NCBI GenBank assembly: GCA_965263355.1
Contig: CBDHHL010000008.1
Span: forward strand, 1 to 42,393
Length of the DNA stretch: 42,393 nt
Source of the DNA: Leptolyngbyaceae cyanobacterium
GTDB taxonomy: Bacteria > Cyanobacteriota > Cyanobacteriia > Phormidesmidales > Phormidesmidaceae
Reading direction: 5' to 3'
The notes under the pieces were generated by a model. It made no database searches and was not told the origin of the DNA. It worked only from the letters and a program-made list of their open reading frames with translations. Position numbers and translations under genes: made by a program. Positions within the stretch are counted from its first letter, which is position 1, and each line of letters begins with the position of its first letter. This document shows, one piece after another, positions 1-9,656 of this stretch.

Positions 1-11
1 CCCTTCAGCTC
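1..11 (+). repeat. Terminal direct repeat CCCTTCAGCTC (left copy)
   Basis: Identical to 42383-42393. Confidence 0.95.
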
Positions 12-242
12 TGGATATCTACAGACTATTGGGTGAACATGCACATCGATCCCTTTTGCTTGGTCTAGCTGTCTATCAAGCTCCTTGAAGTCCGGCGTCT
101 GACCAAATGCGCCGACATCGTCTTTGACCGTGAGTCCATAGATTTTCCTTAGGTCCGCCGCAACTATCGCCCCGACGCCGTTGTCTCGGAGTATCTGTTG
201 AGTAACCGGTTTGTCCGGCGGGAATTGTGAATGGATTCGCAT
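1..242 (-). CDS. 5' part of a ~307-aa GH10/clan GH-A-like TIM-barrel protein spanning the circular junction
   Basis: ATG at 242, open to the window edge (MRIHSQFPPDK...DVHVHPIVCRYPELK); continues in frame into 42382-41701 once the 11-bp repeat is collapsed. Confidence 0.75.
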   Translation of the reverse strand, partial: MRIHSQFPPDKPVTQQILRDNGVGAIVAADLRKIYGLTVKDDVGAFGQTPDFKELDRQLDQAKGIDVHVHPIVCRYPELK

Positions 243-246
243 TTAA

Positions 247-1245
247 TTAAGGTGGTAAAGGAGTGCAGTTGCCGCCGTCAGAACCCTCGTCGTCATCACA
301 GAATGAGTTAAAGAAGTCCTCGGCGCAACCGGGGCAGCAAGACGTTAACAACCAGTCGCTTAACTGGTCAGACCAGATGTAGTCGCATGGCGTCCTAGTG
401 TTCCCGCTAGTCTCGTAAAGAGTAACCTTATCCCCTCTAGCGAACGAGTTGGGATCAGTCGTCGGGATGCCCTGGAAAAAGTGTTTATTCCCGGCAGGCC
501 GCCAAGTAGTGTTCAATAAATCATACGTCCACAGGCGATCGACCACTGTGTCGTGATGCCCTTGTCCGTTTACCGTGCTTGCTGGTGCTGGGTTTGGCGG
601 AGGTCCAGCGACATAGTTTATGATGGCACCGCCCCCGGTCGCAGCGCTGAACTGCAACCATTCAGACGTTGACTCTCTCCAGTAGTACAGTGTGATCTCT
701 GCCCCAACCGATGGGATTTGAGCATGGATTGCTCCATTAATTCGGCCAGGGGTGACCGGTGCAGCCGTACTAGCTCGATATTGGAATATTGGTTCCCAGC
801 TTTCAGCTACGGTCGCTGTTCCCGGCTGGTTGTAGTAGATTACCCCCTCGTCTCTGGAGTAGAGTATCTGAAACGGATATTCCCTAAACGCTTGCGTTGC
901 GACTGCGTTGGGATCTCCGTTGATTACCTGAATGCCCCTTTGATTAGCTAGGGCGTTTAGGTGACCATCCAATAGCTCTGCCGTGGCTCGTAACTCTGCA
1001 GCGCTGACAGTGTCACTGCGTGATACAGCAAGGCCCTGTGATACGGCGACAATCTCTCCAATAGCAAGCCCACCAGTACTGAGCAACCCAATAGAAGGGA
1101 TACCGCTTGCAGCTCCAAGTGGCTTGTATCGCCCACCTCCGTCGTACAGACTGGATTGCTGAACAGTAGTTCTATTGTTCTCGACGCGTAGCGTTCTTCC
1201 TTGGCGTTCCTGAACAGAGAGTCTGACGCGATCAATTGCCCCCAT
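247..1245 (-). CDS. Tail tip / tail fibre protein
   Basis: Follows the hub-like gene with stop/start overlap; repeated beta-rich Y..W motifs; Cys/Asp-rich C-terminus. Confidence 0.6.
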   Translation of the reverse strand: MGAIDRVRLSVQERQGRTLRVENNRTTVQQSSLYDGGGRYKPLGAASGIPSIGLLSTGGLAIGEIVAVSQGLAVSRSDTVSAAELRATAELLDGHLNALANQRGIQVINGDPNAVATQAFREYPFQILYSRDEGVIYYNQPGTATVAESWEPIFQYRASTAAPVTPGRINGAIHAQIPSVGAEITLYYWRESTSEWLQFSAATGGGAIINYVAGPPPNPAPASTVNGQGHHDTVVDRLWTYDLLNTTWRPAGNKHFFQGIPTTDPNSFARGDKVTLYETSGNTRTPCDYIWSDQLSDWLLTSCCPGCAEDFFNSFCDDDEGSDGGNCTPLPP

Positions 1246-3077
1246 TAGGCGTATCCTCCGCTAACCCAGATTCCAGAACAAGCCATCGACTCAGTAATCC
1301 TAGGAAAACCGAAGGCTCCAGCTTCCGAAGCCCAATCGAAAGTTAGCGAGTCAGCAAGATACGTATAGACCCCGGTTAAATCAATAACCTGCACTGTCGG
1401 CAGTGGTCCTGATGTGACTAGAGCATCTGTACTAGGCAGCTCAATCAAATCGCCCAAATGCCTCCCGACTGTCAGATCTCTATAGATGGAAGCCATGATC
1501 GTCATCTGAGCATTGCTAAACCCAAACGGAACCTCATAAAGACGTTTGAGATTGCGTCCCGTAGAGCCGCCCCTTGGCGTGTATGATGCGATCGCTTCAT
1601 AATGCCTCAAGTTACTTTTTAGTCCACCATCATAGAATTCTGTCTGAGGTGGACGATTGCGATCACTAGCGGGGATGGTCTTAGTTCTGAAAGTTAGAGC
1701 CCATGGGTTAGATATGTTTTCATTAACCGTTGATTTGCTGGCGATTCGAGCAATACCAACTCGCTCTCGAATCTTATAGGCTCCCGGTGCAATAGAAATA
1801 AAGTCTGTCTGTGTTAATCGAGATTCCCTGAGCTGCCAGGGTAAAGCACTGAGCGGGTTATAGACAATCTCGGCTTCCTCGATGGACTCAGTAACTTGAG
1901 TCACAACTTCATCAGTATAGGTAAACGTGGTCGTCTTTCGGTAGATGGTTTGCATGTTTCCAAAGACCCCATCAGCAACAATTGACTTCTCTTGTTGCTG
2001 ACGGGTTTCTATCACGCTGATTAGCTTCGCTTGCCCGATAGGTTCGCTCAGTCCAGACTCATAGGTCTTAGCGATGGTTTCGTTAGTGTGTTGAACTAAC
2101 TGAGTATTGATTCCAGGATCTTGGAAGATATTAATCTCCAAGTCCTCAATCAGTGTAGTTACTGAGCTGGTAGGACTCGTGATTGGAGGTCCGACCGAAT
2201 CACCATCGCTGTTGACCGTGGTCACAGTATGCCGATAGATGACCCCAGTACCAAACGCGCTGGGGTCATAGTCATTGAAATCTCCCGTAACCTCGATCAC
2301 TTCAGGTGTCGCGTCGTTGGTATCCGTGATATCAAACCCACTAGCCGCAGCTTTGGTCTCCTCTGCCGGTTGCTCGGCAGAGGGGGACGGTTCCCAGGCT
2401 ATGTCATTAGTACCAATGGTCATGGTTGCGATCGCAGCCTGTGGAGTGAAAGTTAACTGACCATCTACGATTTGACCGTTGGAACCTTGATAAAGATATC
2501 TGGCATCATTTGACCAAGCCAGCTGGCCAGCTTGACCGGCAAAAGACTGAGTGTTTTTTCCTGACGGATAGGCGATCTGATAAGGCCATGTATTTAAACT
2601 AATATCACCAGCCGAAACCTGGGAAGCCTCTAGTAACCTAGCCGCTGGTAGGTTACACGCTTCTGACGAGCCAAACACTGTACCAGTCTGCTCACCCTCA
2701 AACTCAAATAAATCTGCCCACGCTAACTTACATCCAAGATCCAAGGTTATTTGCCGGTCCACTGGTGGATCGGGCTCTCGCTGGATAATTAACCGAGCAA
2801 AAAACGGATCTATCCAGGCGTCGTCCGCATCGTTGCGAACCTGCACATAGACCGGGTTTCCACGTCTCCAGCGCGCCGGATTGTCTCTGGAGTTTATAGA
2901 CTCCGGTACCGTATAGGTAGCGTCTAGTACAATCGTACTGCTGATAGTGACTAACGCCTCTCCGTTGTCTGGTAGCGAGTCAAACTGAGCAGAAAGCGAC
3001 CGCAGCTGATTTGACCAGTCTTGTTGGTCTGAGCCGATTAGAACCCTTAGCCGTCTTGGCGTTGCGATCGCAACCAC
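1245..3077 (-). CDS. Baseplate hub / tail tip protein (putative)
   Basis: 610 aa, second gene after the tape measure, translationally coupled; assignment by synteny. Confidence 0.6.
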   Translation of the reverse strand: MVAIATPRRLRVLIGSDQQDWSNQLRSLSAQFDSLPDNGEALVTISSTIVLDATYTVPESINSRDNPARWRRGNPVYVQVRNDADDAWIDPFFARLIIQREPDPPVDRQITLDLGCKLAWADLFEFEGEQTGTVFGSSEACNLPAARLLEASQVSAGDISLNTWPYQIAYPSGKNTQSFAGQAGQLAWSNDARYLYQGSNGQIVDGQLTFTPQAAIATMTIGTNDIAWEPSPSAEQPAEETKAAASGFDITDTNDATPEVIEVTGDFNDYDPSAFGTGVIYRHTVTTVNSDGDSVGPPITSPTSSVTTLIEDLEINIFQDPGINTQLVQHTNETIAKTYESGLSEPIGQAKLISVIETRQQQEKSIVADGVFGNMQTIYRKTTTFTYTDEVVTQVTESIEEAEIVYNPLSALPWQLRESRLTQTDFISIAPGAYKIRERVGIARIASKSTVNENISNPWALTFRTKTIPASDRNRPPQTEFYDGGLKSNLRHYEAIASYTPRGGSTGRNLKRLYEVPFGFSNAQMTIMASIYRDLTVGRHLGDLIELPSTDALVTSGPLPTVQVIDLTGVYTYLADSLTFDWASEAGAFGFPRITESMACSGIWVSGGYA

Positions 3078-3577
3078 TAACCAACCTCCAAAACCGAAAA
3101 TTGAACCAAGCTATTGATACCATCGCTTGCTACGCCATAGCGACGACGATAGTCAGACGGCAGCGTTAAGCCTACCCGGTAGCGTGGAAAGCCGTACTCA
3201 TAGCCGTAGCTGGTCGTGAGGGTTTGAATTAGCGTTATCCCGTGCCCCGTGGGCGATGGGTCGATGTATTCAAGTTCAAAATCCAGCTCTAGCGCGCCAT
3301 CACGGCCAGCGCCATATTCGGTACTTGACCACTTTGCGATCGCGCCTAGTCTAAGAGCGTCTAGCTCTGGCATTATGGCTAGGACGGTCATTGCAAACCT
3401 ATCGACCAGGCTGGAATTAATTATCGGAGTACCCACAGCGCTAAAGCCCGCAATTTCAGCTCTACCTAAGGCTGACTCCTGATAGAGACGTTCGCCAGAT
3501 GGAAAGCAGTCGATCACAACTTCAGGGACGGGAGGAGACGCCCCAGGTATCCGGATAGTGATCTGATCGTCTGCCAT
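3077..3577 (-). CDS. Distal tail protein-like (putative)
   Basis: 166 aa immediately downstream of the tape measure; synteny only. Confidence 0.55.
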   Translation of the reverse strand: MADDQITIRIPGASPPVPEVVIDCFPSGERLYQESALGRAEIAGFSAVGTPIINSSLVDRFAMTVLAIMPELDALRLGAIAKWSSTEYGAGRDGALELDFELEYIDPSPTGHGITLIQTLTTSYGYEYGFPRYRVGLTLPSDYRRRYGVASDGINSLVQFSVLEVG

Positions 3578-6500
3578 TACAAACCTAAGTCCTTAAACTG
3601 TAATCTTTGAACATTCATTGCGGCCTGCAACGCGTCAAACTCGGTTGCTTTTGCTCCTAGGTTGATGGTCTGGTTCAACCTAGGTCTAGCCCTAGCCGTT
3701 AGTGCTGTTAACACTGCGTCTAATTTTTTCTCAATCGCCTTGGTTGACGGCACTGCTGCTGCTGTAACCTGTCGACTTGATATTAGATGCTCCCGAATCA
3801 GCGCTCTTGACTGGACTTGACTGACCACCCTAGTCCCCCTAGGGGGCAAAAGGAACTCATCCTTATGGACTTGAACAACTCCCCCCGTTGCAATGCCCCC
3901 ACCTCTAAGTGACTGACCTTGTCTAGCGGACTCAATCAGCTGCTTTACCCGTTCTGCAGATTCTTCATCAAGCCTGCGCTGTTCGTCCTTAAATGCCCGC
4001 TCAATTTCTCGCTGTTCGTCCTCAAATGCTTGCTTTAGCGCTCGTTGTTCGTCCTCAAAAGCAGCTTTCAAACCCTCTTGTTCATCCTCAAATGCCCGCT
4101 CAGCTGCTCGTTGCTCATCGTCAAATACCCGCTCAGCTTCCCGTTGCTCATCGTCAAATACCCGCTCAGCTTCACGCTTTTCTTCCTCAAAAGCGAGCGC
4201 TGCAGCATCCTGCTCATCCTCAAACGCCTGCTCAGCTTCACGCTGAGAAGCTTCGAACGCTTCTTTTTCAGCCTCTTGAGCCTGCCTGAATTCATCCTCT
4301 TTGGCCTGCAACCTATTTTCTAAGTCGACCCTGGCCTGCTCTAGCGGGGTAAGTTCAAGATCTGCATCGCTAAGGACTTGATTGCGCTCTCTCAGTACAT
4401 CGGCTTCAACCTCCCTGCGTAGCTCAGCTGCCTCCTCTTCAGCCTCTAGTCGTTCCCTGATTGCTTGGCGCTCTTCCCTGGTAGATGCTTCCGCTAGAGC
4501 AATCCTGTTATTGACTTCGGTCTCCAGTGCGTCTAACTCGGCGTTCCCCTGTGATCGCTGCTGATTTAAGCTTTCTTGGAATGATCGCTCAGCTTCCCGC
4601 TGCCGGTCGTTGAATGATTCTTGGCGAGCGTTAAGGCTATCTTGAAATGCCTGCTGGTCTGACTGTTGGGAGTCCTGAAACTGACGTTCGCTAGACTGCT
4701 GGGAGTCCTGAAACTGGCGTTCGATAGACTGCTGGGAGTCCTGGAATTGGCGTTCAATGGCCCGCTGGTTTGCCTCAAAGCTTTCTCGCTGGAGCTGTTG
4801 CTGATTATCGAAGGCATTTTGAGTATCACGCGACTGAGTCTGATTAGCCTGTTGCGCCGATCTCTGTTCATCCTCAAATGCTCTAGTCGCCGCGTCAGAC
4901 TCTCTTTGTCGAGCTTCCTCGATAGCGTCTGCTCGTTCTTTGGCAAGCTCGATCGCTGCTTCCGCCGCCGCCTTTTCCCTGGCCTCAATAACCTCTTGAG
5001 TAGAGCGAGCAACCTCAGCACGCTTATTTGAAATATCTGTTTCAATTTTCAGTATCTCACTCTGTATCTGTTCAACGGCTTCAGGATCAGTAGCTTCACG
5101 CTCTAGCTCACGAAGCTCGCCAAGTTTCTCGACGCTTAGGGCGATTCGATCATTCAGGCCATTCTCTTCAATGCTCCTGAGCCTGCTCTGTCTTTCTTCT
5201 GCCGATATCTCCTGAGCTGCCGATTGCTGTTCAACTGCGGCGACCGCTGCAGCCCCGGCGTTTTCTATTTGAGCATCGCCCTGATCAATTTCGTCATTCA
5301 ATGACTTGAGCCTATTTTTCAGGTCATCTGTTGAGTCAGATAGGGCGGTCAGGCCAGCTGCTGTATCAGTAATCCGATCCCTATACTCTTGCAGCTTCTG
5401 TATTTGTAGTTCCTGCGCTGCGGTTGCTTCCTCTGTAACTGGTACTTGACGCTCTAACGCCGCAATCGACGTATCGATCGCGGCCACAGTTTGCTCAATT
5501 TCTGCAGGGGGAACCGTAATGCCATTCTCTAAAGCCTCTGCAGTTTCGTTTGCCGCAATTCGCACGCCCTGCACACTAGCCACCAGGTCAGTGAATGCAA
5601 GTTCAGCGTTTCTGGTTGCGGTTTCGGCGACTGTATCCAAGCCAAGGGCATCTCTAACCCTGTCTAAACCACGCTGCAACACATTTATCTCGTCGTTCAG
5701 AGCCTCAACATTGCCCCTGACCTGTACTTCTAAGCTGTCCCCGTTAAGGGAGTCTAGAGCATCTTGCACATCTCTGGTTGCCTGTTCTATCTCGCGGGCT
5801 TGCTCAGTTGCGCTCAGAAACGTGTCCACTACAATTGCAACGCTGGCTGCTGCACCTGCAACCGCAGCGAAAGCGACCGCTGCCGACTGAATCGCCGCAA
5901 CCTGAGCAATTTGAGCCGCCGTGGCCTGACCAGTCGCGGCAGCGTAGAGCGACTGAGCCACGGTCGCCGCTGCCACTGCAGCAGTCTCAGCGGTAGTAGC
6001 AATTGTTTTTCTGGTCGTATTGACGATGCTTACGGCTTCTTGAACAATGCGTTGGCCGTTGGCTAGGTTGTACGCGGTAACGGCTGCTACCGCAGCCGCC
6101 AGGACTCCGGTCAATGCCGTAGTTGCAATCAGTGTCCTCTGAATTGGAGTTGGCAAGGCGTTAAAGGCCCCGACTAGTTCAATGGCCGCATCAACGACGG
6201 GACGTGCCCCTAAGTTGGCAAACTCGCCAAAAGAAACACTAGCCTTAGTTGCTTCATCACTGAGATTGCTTAGTCGACCTCCCAGGGTTTCAGATTGTAC
6301 AGCCATAGCCCCAGCGATCCCCTCAAGATCGCCCAGAGCAAAAATAGCATCGGCGATCGCCTGCGGAGTTCGGGCCACTTCCTCCGTCACACCACGGAAG
6401 GAGATCGCAACCTGGTCACCCTGAGCACTGGCATTAATTCCGAATTCTTTTAGACGTTCAAACTCGCCAGTTTGAGCATCCAAAATAGCTTCCACGATTT

Positions 6501-7035
6501 GATCCAGGTCTTTGGACTGCGAGCTAGTCAGATCGCCGAGCTGTCTTAGTTGCTCATTGGTCGGTTGGATTCCTCTGTTTTGCAGCTTCAAAAAACCATC
6601 AACGACCTGGTCAAGCTCGAATGGAGTGTTGGCCGCAAAGTCTTCTACGCGAGAGAACTCTCGCTCGGCTTGGTCCCCAAATAGATTATCGAAAATGCCC
6701 TCGAAGCTTTCGAATTGCTGAAAATCCTGTAACGCCTGACTGAACAGCCCGCCGATCCCGGCAGCGACTGCAGCAGATAGAGCCGTCGTAATTCCGGTTA
6801 ACTGCTGTCTAACCTGCTCCGATTCTTCGGCAATGGCAACCAGCGCTGCCTCTACCTGTAAAGCCTCAGACGCCGTTAAGCCATAGGCATCAGCGAGAGC
6901 CCTAGCGTTTTGCTCAGTTTGAATATTGCGTTGGTCAATCTGTTCAACCGCCGCGTCAATTCTATTGATGTCACGGACAGTCCTAGCCGTGCCCGCAGCT
7001 TCGAACCTGATCGCAATATCGAGATTATCGCTCAT
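3577..7035 (-). CDS. Tail tape measure protein
   Basis: 1152 aa, Ala/Glu/Gln-rich helical protein; N-terminal AANTPFELDQVVDGFLKL tape-measure motif; hydrophobic segments; 11-aa repeats; C-terminal GGGIATGGVVQVHKDEFLLP. Confidence 0.93.
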   Translation of the reverse strand: MSDNLDIAIRFEAAGTARTVRDINRIDAAVEQIDQRNIQTEQNARALADAYGLTASEALQVEAALVAIAEESEQVRQQLTGITTALSAAVAAGIGGLFSQALQDFQQFESFEGIFDNLFGDQAEREFSRVEDFAANTPFELDQVVDGFLKLQNRGIQPTNEQLRQLGDLTSSQSKDLDQIVEAILDAQTGEFERLKEFGINASAQGDQVAISFRGVTEEVARTPQAIADAIFALGDLEGIAGAMAVQSETLGGRLSNLSDEATKASVSFGEFANLGARPVVDAAIELVGAFNALPTPIQRTLIATTALTGVLAAAVAAVTAYNLANGQRIVQEAVSIVNTTRKTIATTAETAAVAAATVAQSLYAAATGQATAAQIAQVAAIQSAAVAFAAVAGAAASVAIVVDTFLSATEQAREIEQATRDVQDALDSLNGDSLEVQVRGNVEALNDEINVLQRGLDRVRDALGLDTVAETATRNAELAFTDLVASVQGVRIAANETAEALENGITVPPAEIEQTVAAIDTSIAALERQVPVTEEATAAQELQIQKLQEYRDRITDTAAGLTALSDSTDDLKNRLKSLNDEIDQGDAQIENAGAAAVAAVEQQSAAQEISAEERQSRLRSIEENGLNDRIALSVEKLGELRELEREATDPEAVEQIQSEILKIETDISNKRAEVARSTQEVIEAREKAAAEAAIELAKERADAIEEARQRESDAATRAFEDEQRSAQQANQTQSRDTQNAFDNQQQLQRESFEANQRAIERQFQDSQQSIERQFQDSQQSSERQFQDSQQSDQQAFQDSLNARQESFNDRQREAERSFQESLNQQRSQGNAELDALETEVNNRIALAEASTREERQAIRERLEAEEEAAELRREVEADVLRERNQVLSDADLELTPLEQARVDLENRLQAKEDEFRQAQEAEKEAFEASQREAEQAFEDEQDAAALAFEEEKREAERVFDDEQREAERVFDDEQRAAERAFEDEQEGLKAAFEDEQRALKQAFEDEQREIERAFKDEQRRLDEESAERVKQLIESARQGQSLRGGGIATGGVVQVHKDEFLLPPRGTRVVSQVQSRALIREHLISSRQVTAAAVPSTKAIEKKLDAVLTALTARARPRLNQTINLGAKATEFDALQAAMNVQRLQFKDLGL
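3970..4800 (-). repeat. 33-bp (11-aa) coding repeats in the tape measure
   Basis: SQQSIERQFQD-type and EQREAERVFDD-type units with Phe every 11 residues. Confidence 0.85.
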
Positions 7036-7612
7036 TCATCCTCTCGGCTCGACGACTCTTAGCCCAGTCGTTAAATTCGACTTCGTAGTCCTCTTTGGCT
7101 CTGTCTTCTGGAGACTTTAGGTAACGTCCATAAAGCCTCAGAATCTCCCATAACTCATTGCACGGGACGATATTAGCAATCTCGTAGGCTTCGGAGATGC
7201 TGCCACAGTGCGTGGCAATCAGGGCGATCGCTGCGGCTTTTGAGTCAATCTTAATTTTGGGATCCTTAGGAGACTGATGGGATTGGGTAGGCCTGTTTAG
7301 GGTTACCAAAAAGCCCTCGACGGCTTCACCTGCTTTGTTAACACGACCAAATAGCAGCTCACAAAGCATCGTTACGGTAACCCAATCCGGATCGATGCCG
7401 TTGAGTTCAAGCATTCGATCGGCGTAATACTTGAACTCAGCGCTTGCCCGATAGAGCGAATCCACGGCGACAGATTCGGGCTGTTTTTCTAGAAATGCCC
7501 TGACTTGTTGCCGACGCTGCTCAAACTCGAAAATCCCAGCTGCAGAACAGCCAGCAATCGATCGGACAACGCCATGCCTATCAACAAACTCAATTCGGCC
7601 AAACTCAATCAT
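7025..7612 (-). CDS. Tail assembly chaperone (putative)
   Basis: Lies between the tail tube and tape measure genes. Confidence 0.65.
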   Translation of the reverse strand: MIEFGRIEFVDRHGVVRSIAGCSAAGIFEFEQRRQQVRAFLEKQPESVAVDSLYRASAEFKYYADRMLELNGIDPDWVTVTMLCELLFGRVNKAGEAVEGFLVTLNRPTQSHQSPKDPKIKIDSKAAAIALIATHCGSISEAYEIANIVPCNELWEILRLYGRYLKSPEDRAKEDYEVEFNDWAKSRRAERMNER

Positions 7613-8385
7613 TAGACAGGAAAGACCATGTTTCGTCCAATCAGATAGGGTTCATCCCAGTTGCTAAAAGACAGCATTGTATAAACCATTTCCAGCGTAA
7701 ACAGTCCCCCCTCGAAACTAATATTCGGCTGTGCGCTTAGTTCGCAGTTTGGAGCACCAAATATCCCGTTTCCTCCGCCTGCCGTTGAGTCATATATCTC
7801 GCCAGCAAAATTAAATTGCGAAATTTTATTAAGTGTTCCAGGGCCACCAACTATTTGGCCACCAGTCGGCTGCACAAACCAAGTGACAAACGCAGTATCG
7901 CCCGCTTTACTGACATCAAAAGTTAGCTGATTATCGCTCACCTGAACTTCAGTTGGCCCCGCAGGTGCTGCCGCAACATTGGTCATATCCTGGCCGCCGT
8001 CTTCTTCGATCGCGACTGCCGTTGTGGCGATATTGGCCGCGAGCAGTCCCGGCACCGGGACGGTTCCGTCAGCAGCGATCGTAAAGAACTTTGTCCTCAT
8101 GACATCTGTGTTTGCGTCAATAGCCCGTTCCTTTTGGCCGCGAGCTGCGGCTAAGGTTTGCCATGTTGGAACCTGCGTTGTCAGGGTTAGCGTATAGGTT
8201 GACCCTGTGTCAATTACTTTCTTGTCTTGTCGTCGGCCCGCCTTATAGGCCTGGGCTGTCTCTGTAGACGCTTCGATCGCTGCAACAAAACTGAACGCAG
8301 GCAGGGGAAGAGCAGATAGCACCCCATCCGCTGTGATCTGAGCCCCAAAGTCTCCCAAGCCTCTAACAATTTCAAACGTTCCCAT
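7612..8385 (-). CDS. Major tail tube protein (siphovirus type)
   Basis: 257 aa, beta-rich, between gp37-like gene and chaperone; no sheath gene seen. Confidence 0.75.
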   Translation of the reverse strand: MGTFEIVRGLGDFGAQITADGVLSALPLPAFSFVAAIEASTETAQAYKAGRRQDKKVIDTGSTYTLTLTTQVPTWQTLAAARGQKERAIDANTDVMRTKFFTIAADGTVPVPGLLAANIATTAVAIEEDGGQDMTNVAAAPAGPTEVQVSDNQLTFDVSKAGDTAFVTWFVQPTGGQIVGGPGTLNKISQFNFAGEIYDSTAGGGNGIFGAPNCELSAQPNISFEGGLFTLEMVYTMLSFSNWDEPYLIGRNMVFPV

Positions 8386-8843
8386 TAAATTTTTCTCCTA
8401 AGAAAAACGACTTTTAGTTGATACAGCTGTCCCCAATCCCAGATTGCGTTGTCATCGCGATCGATCAACTGTTCGTCAATCAATGCCAGTCCTGGCAATT
8501 GTGCAGTGTAGCAGTTCGGTAGGTCTGAGTCAGTCGGCAGCCAACCCACTAGAGCCGCCTCAGTCTCTCTAAGCAGTGAATAGGCCCCGTCATGATTGTT
8601 TAGTTTTTTCACTAAGAATCTGATCTCAATACTTAGAGTTCTGGAATTCGAGAACGGCCCTCTATTGGATGACGCAGCAGCTTGCCCCGTTTGACCCTGA
8701 TATCTGATAAGTATCGCAGCGTTGCCGACTGGATTTCCCAGGCTTGCTGGGTTATCTGGCCAGGGCGATATGCGGGCATGGTTGGCGATGCCCGCATCAC
8801 ACAAGAGCCTTGAAATTGCACCCTCTAAGGATTCCATTGGCAA
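8385..8843 (-). CDS. Mu Gp37-like tail terminator/completion protein
   Basis: WPDNP...AILIRYQG...GAYSLLRETEAALVGWLP pattern typical of the Gp37 family. Confidence 0.75.
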   Translation of the reverse strand: MPMESLEGAISRLLCDAGIANHARISPWPDNPASLGNPVGNAAILIRYQGQTGQAAASSNRGPFSNSRTLSIEIRFLVKKLNNHDGAYSLLRETEAALVGWLPTDSDLPNCYTAQLPGLALIDEQLIDRDDNAIWDWGQLYQLKVVFLRRKI

Positions 8844-8846
8844 TAG

Positions 8847-9656
8847 TTAAGGAATATCGCTACGCAGGCTCTTAGCCGCTTTTAGGTAGTGGGCCATAGC
8901 ATGATCATCAATACTGTCCGCAACAAGTCCAAGTATTTTACTAACTCTGGTCGCTGATATTGAGACCGCCCCCCAAATACTAGCGCCAGTCCCGTACAGC
9001 TCGCCTTGATCACTAAAGATCAGTGCTCCCGAACGCCCTGGTGACAGCTCAGAGTACGGATGCCATGCCCCGACCTCAGCTGGTGGCAGATTGGCGACAA
9101 CATCGCTGTCATGCACCAGCCTAAATAGACTGCGGTGTAAGGCGAGTACTTCGTAAAGTTGCGCCCCCTGCTGGTTAAAAATCCTTGGCGCGCCTGCAGT
9201 AACACAGCTAAGAATAGTCCATCCATCTAGACGCAGCAGTATTGACAGGATTTCTGCGATCGCGCCGCCCAGCGAATGCCCGCATAGGTGAATTGACTTC
9301 CTCTCGATAGCGCCCTGCATGAATAGCTCGTCTAGCTGCCCTTTAATGAAACGTGCTCCCCTCAAAAAGCCGCGATGGAAGCCCACCTTAAACCCTTGAT
9401 AATCATCGTAATCGGGTCTAAAGAGTAGGTTAAAACGTGTCCAATTTCTGGCGTTCGTACTGCCCCTAATGGCCAGGGCATGACTGCCGCCCACCGCAGT
9501 AAGGACAGCTCTTAGGGAACCAACCGGCATCTCAACAGCACCGTCAGGAAAGGCGTCCAGTCCTGGACTGTAGACTGCTGCCGCGTACTCTACGCCACGC
9601 TGAACAATCTCGATCTCAGTAGGTGTTAGATGACTCCTGTTGTTATTAAAATCCAT
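8847..9656 (-). CDS. Class 3 lipase-like alpha/beta hydrolase
   Basis: AIRGS, FHRGF, GHSLGGAIA nucleophile elbow, GAPR, DVVANLP, C-terminal DHAM; likely start ATG 9656 overlapping the endolysin end. Confidence 0.88.
   Translation of the reverse strand: MDFNNNRSHLTPTEIEIVQRGVEYAAAVYSPGLDAFPDGAVEMPVGSLRAVLTAVGGSHALAIRGSTNARNWTRFNLLFRPDYDDYQGFKVGFHRGFLRGARFIKGQLDELFMQGAIERKSIHLCGHSLGGAIAEILSILLRLDGWTILSCVTAGAPRIFNQQGAQLYEVLALHRSLFRLVHDSDVVANLPPAEVGAWHPYSELSPGRSGALIFSDQGELYGTGASIWGAVSISATRVSKILGLVADSIDDHAMAHYLKAAKSLRSDIP

Noticed and set aside
1..11. Terminal 11-bp repeat as an attL/attR core
   Set aside because: It lies inside a continuous ORF, with no integrase or flanking host DNA; an assembly overlap of a circular contig is more likely
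247..3077. Diversity-generating retroelement or invertible tail-fibre cassette
   Set aside because: No reverse transcriptase, invertase or TR/VR pair recognised
3993..6721. Multiple + strand and alternate-frame ORFs over the tape measure
   Set aside because: Shadow ORFs caused by repeats and codon bias; no recognisable motifs
7025..7612. Programmed frameshift in the tail assembly chaperone
   Set aside because: A single ORF fills the whole tube-to-tape-measure gap and no clear slippery heptamer was seen
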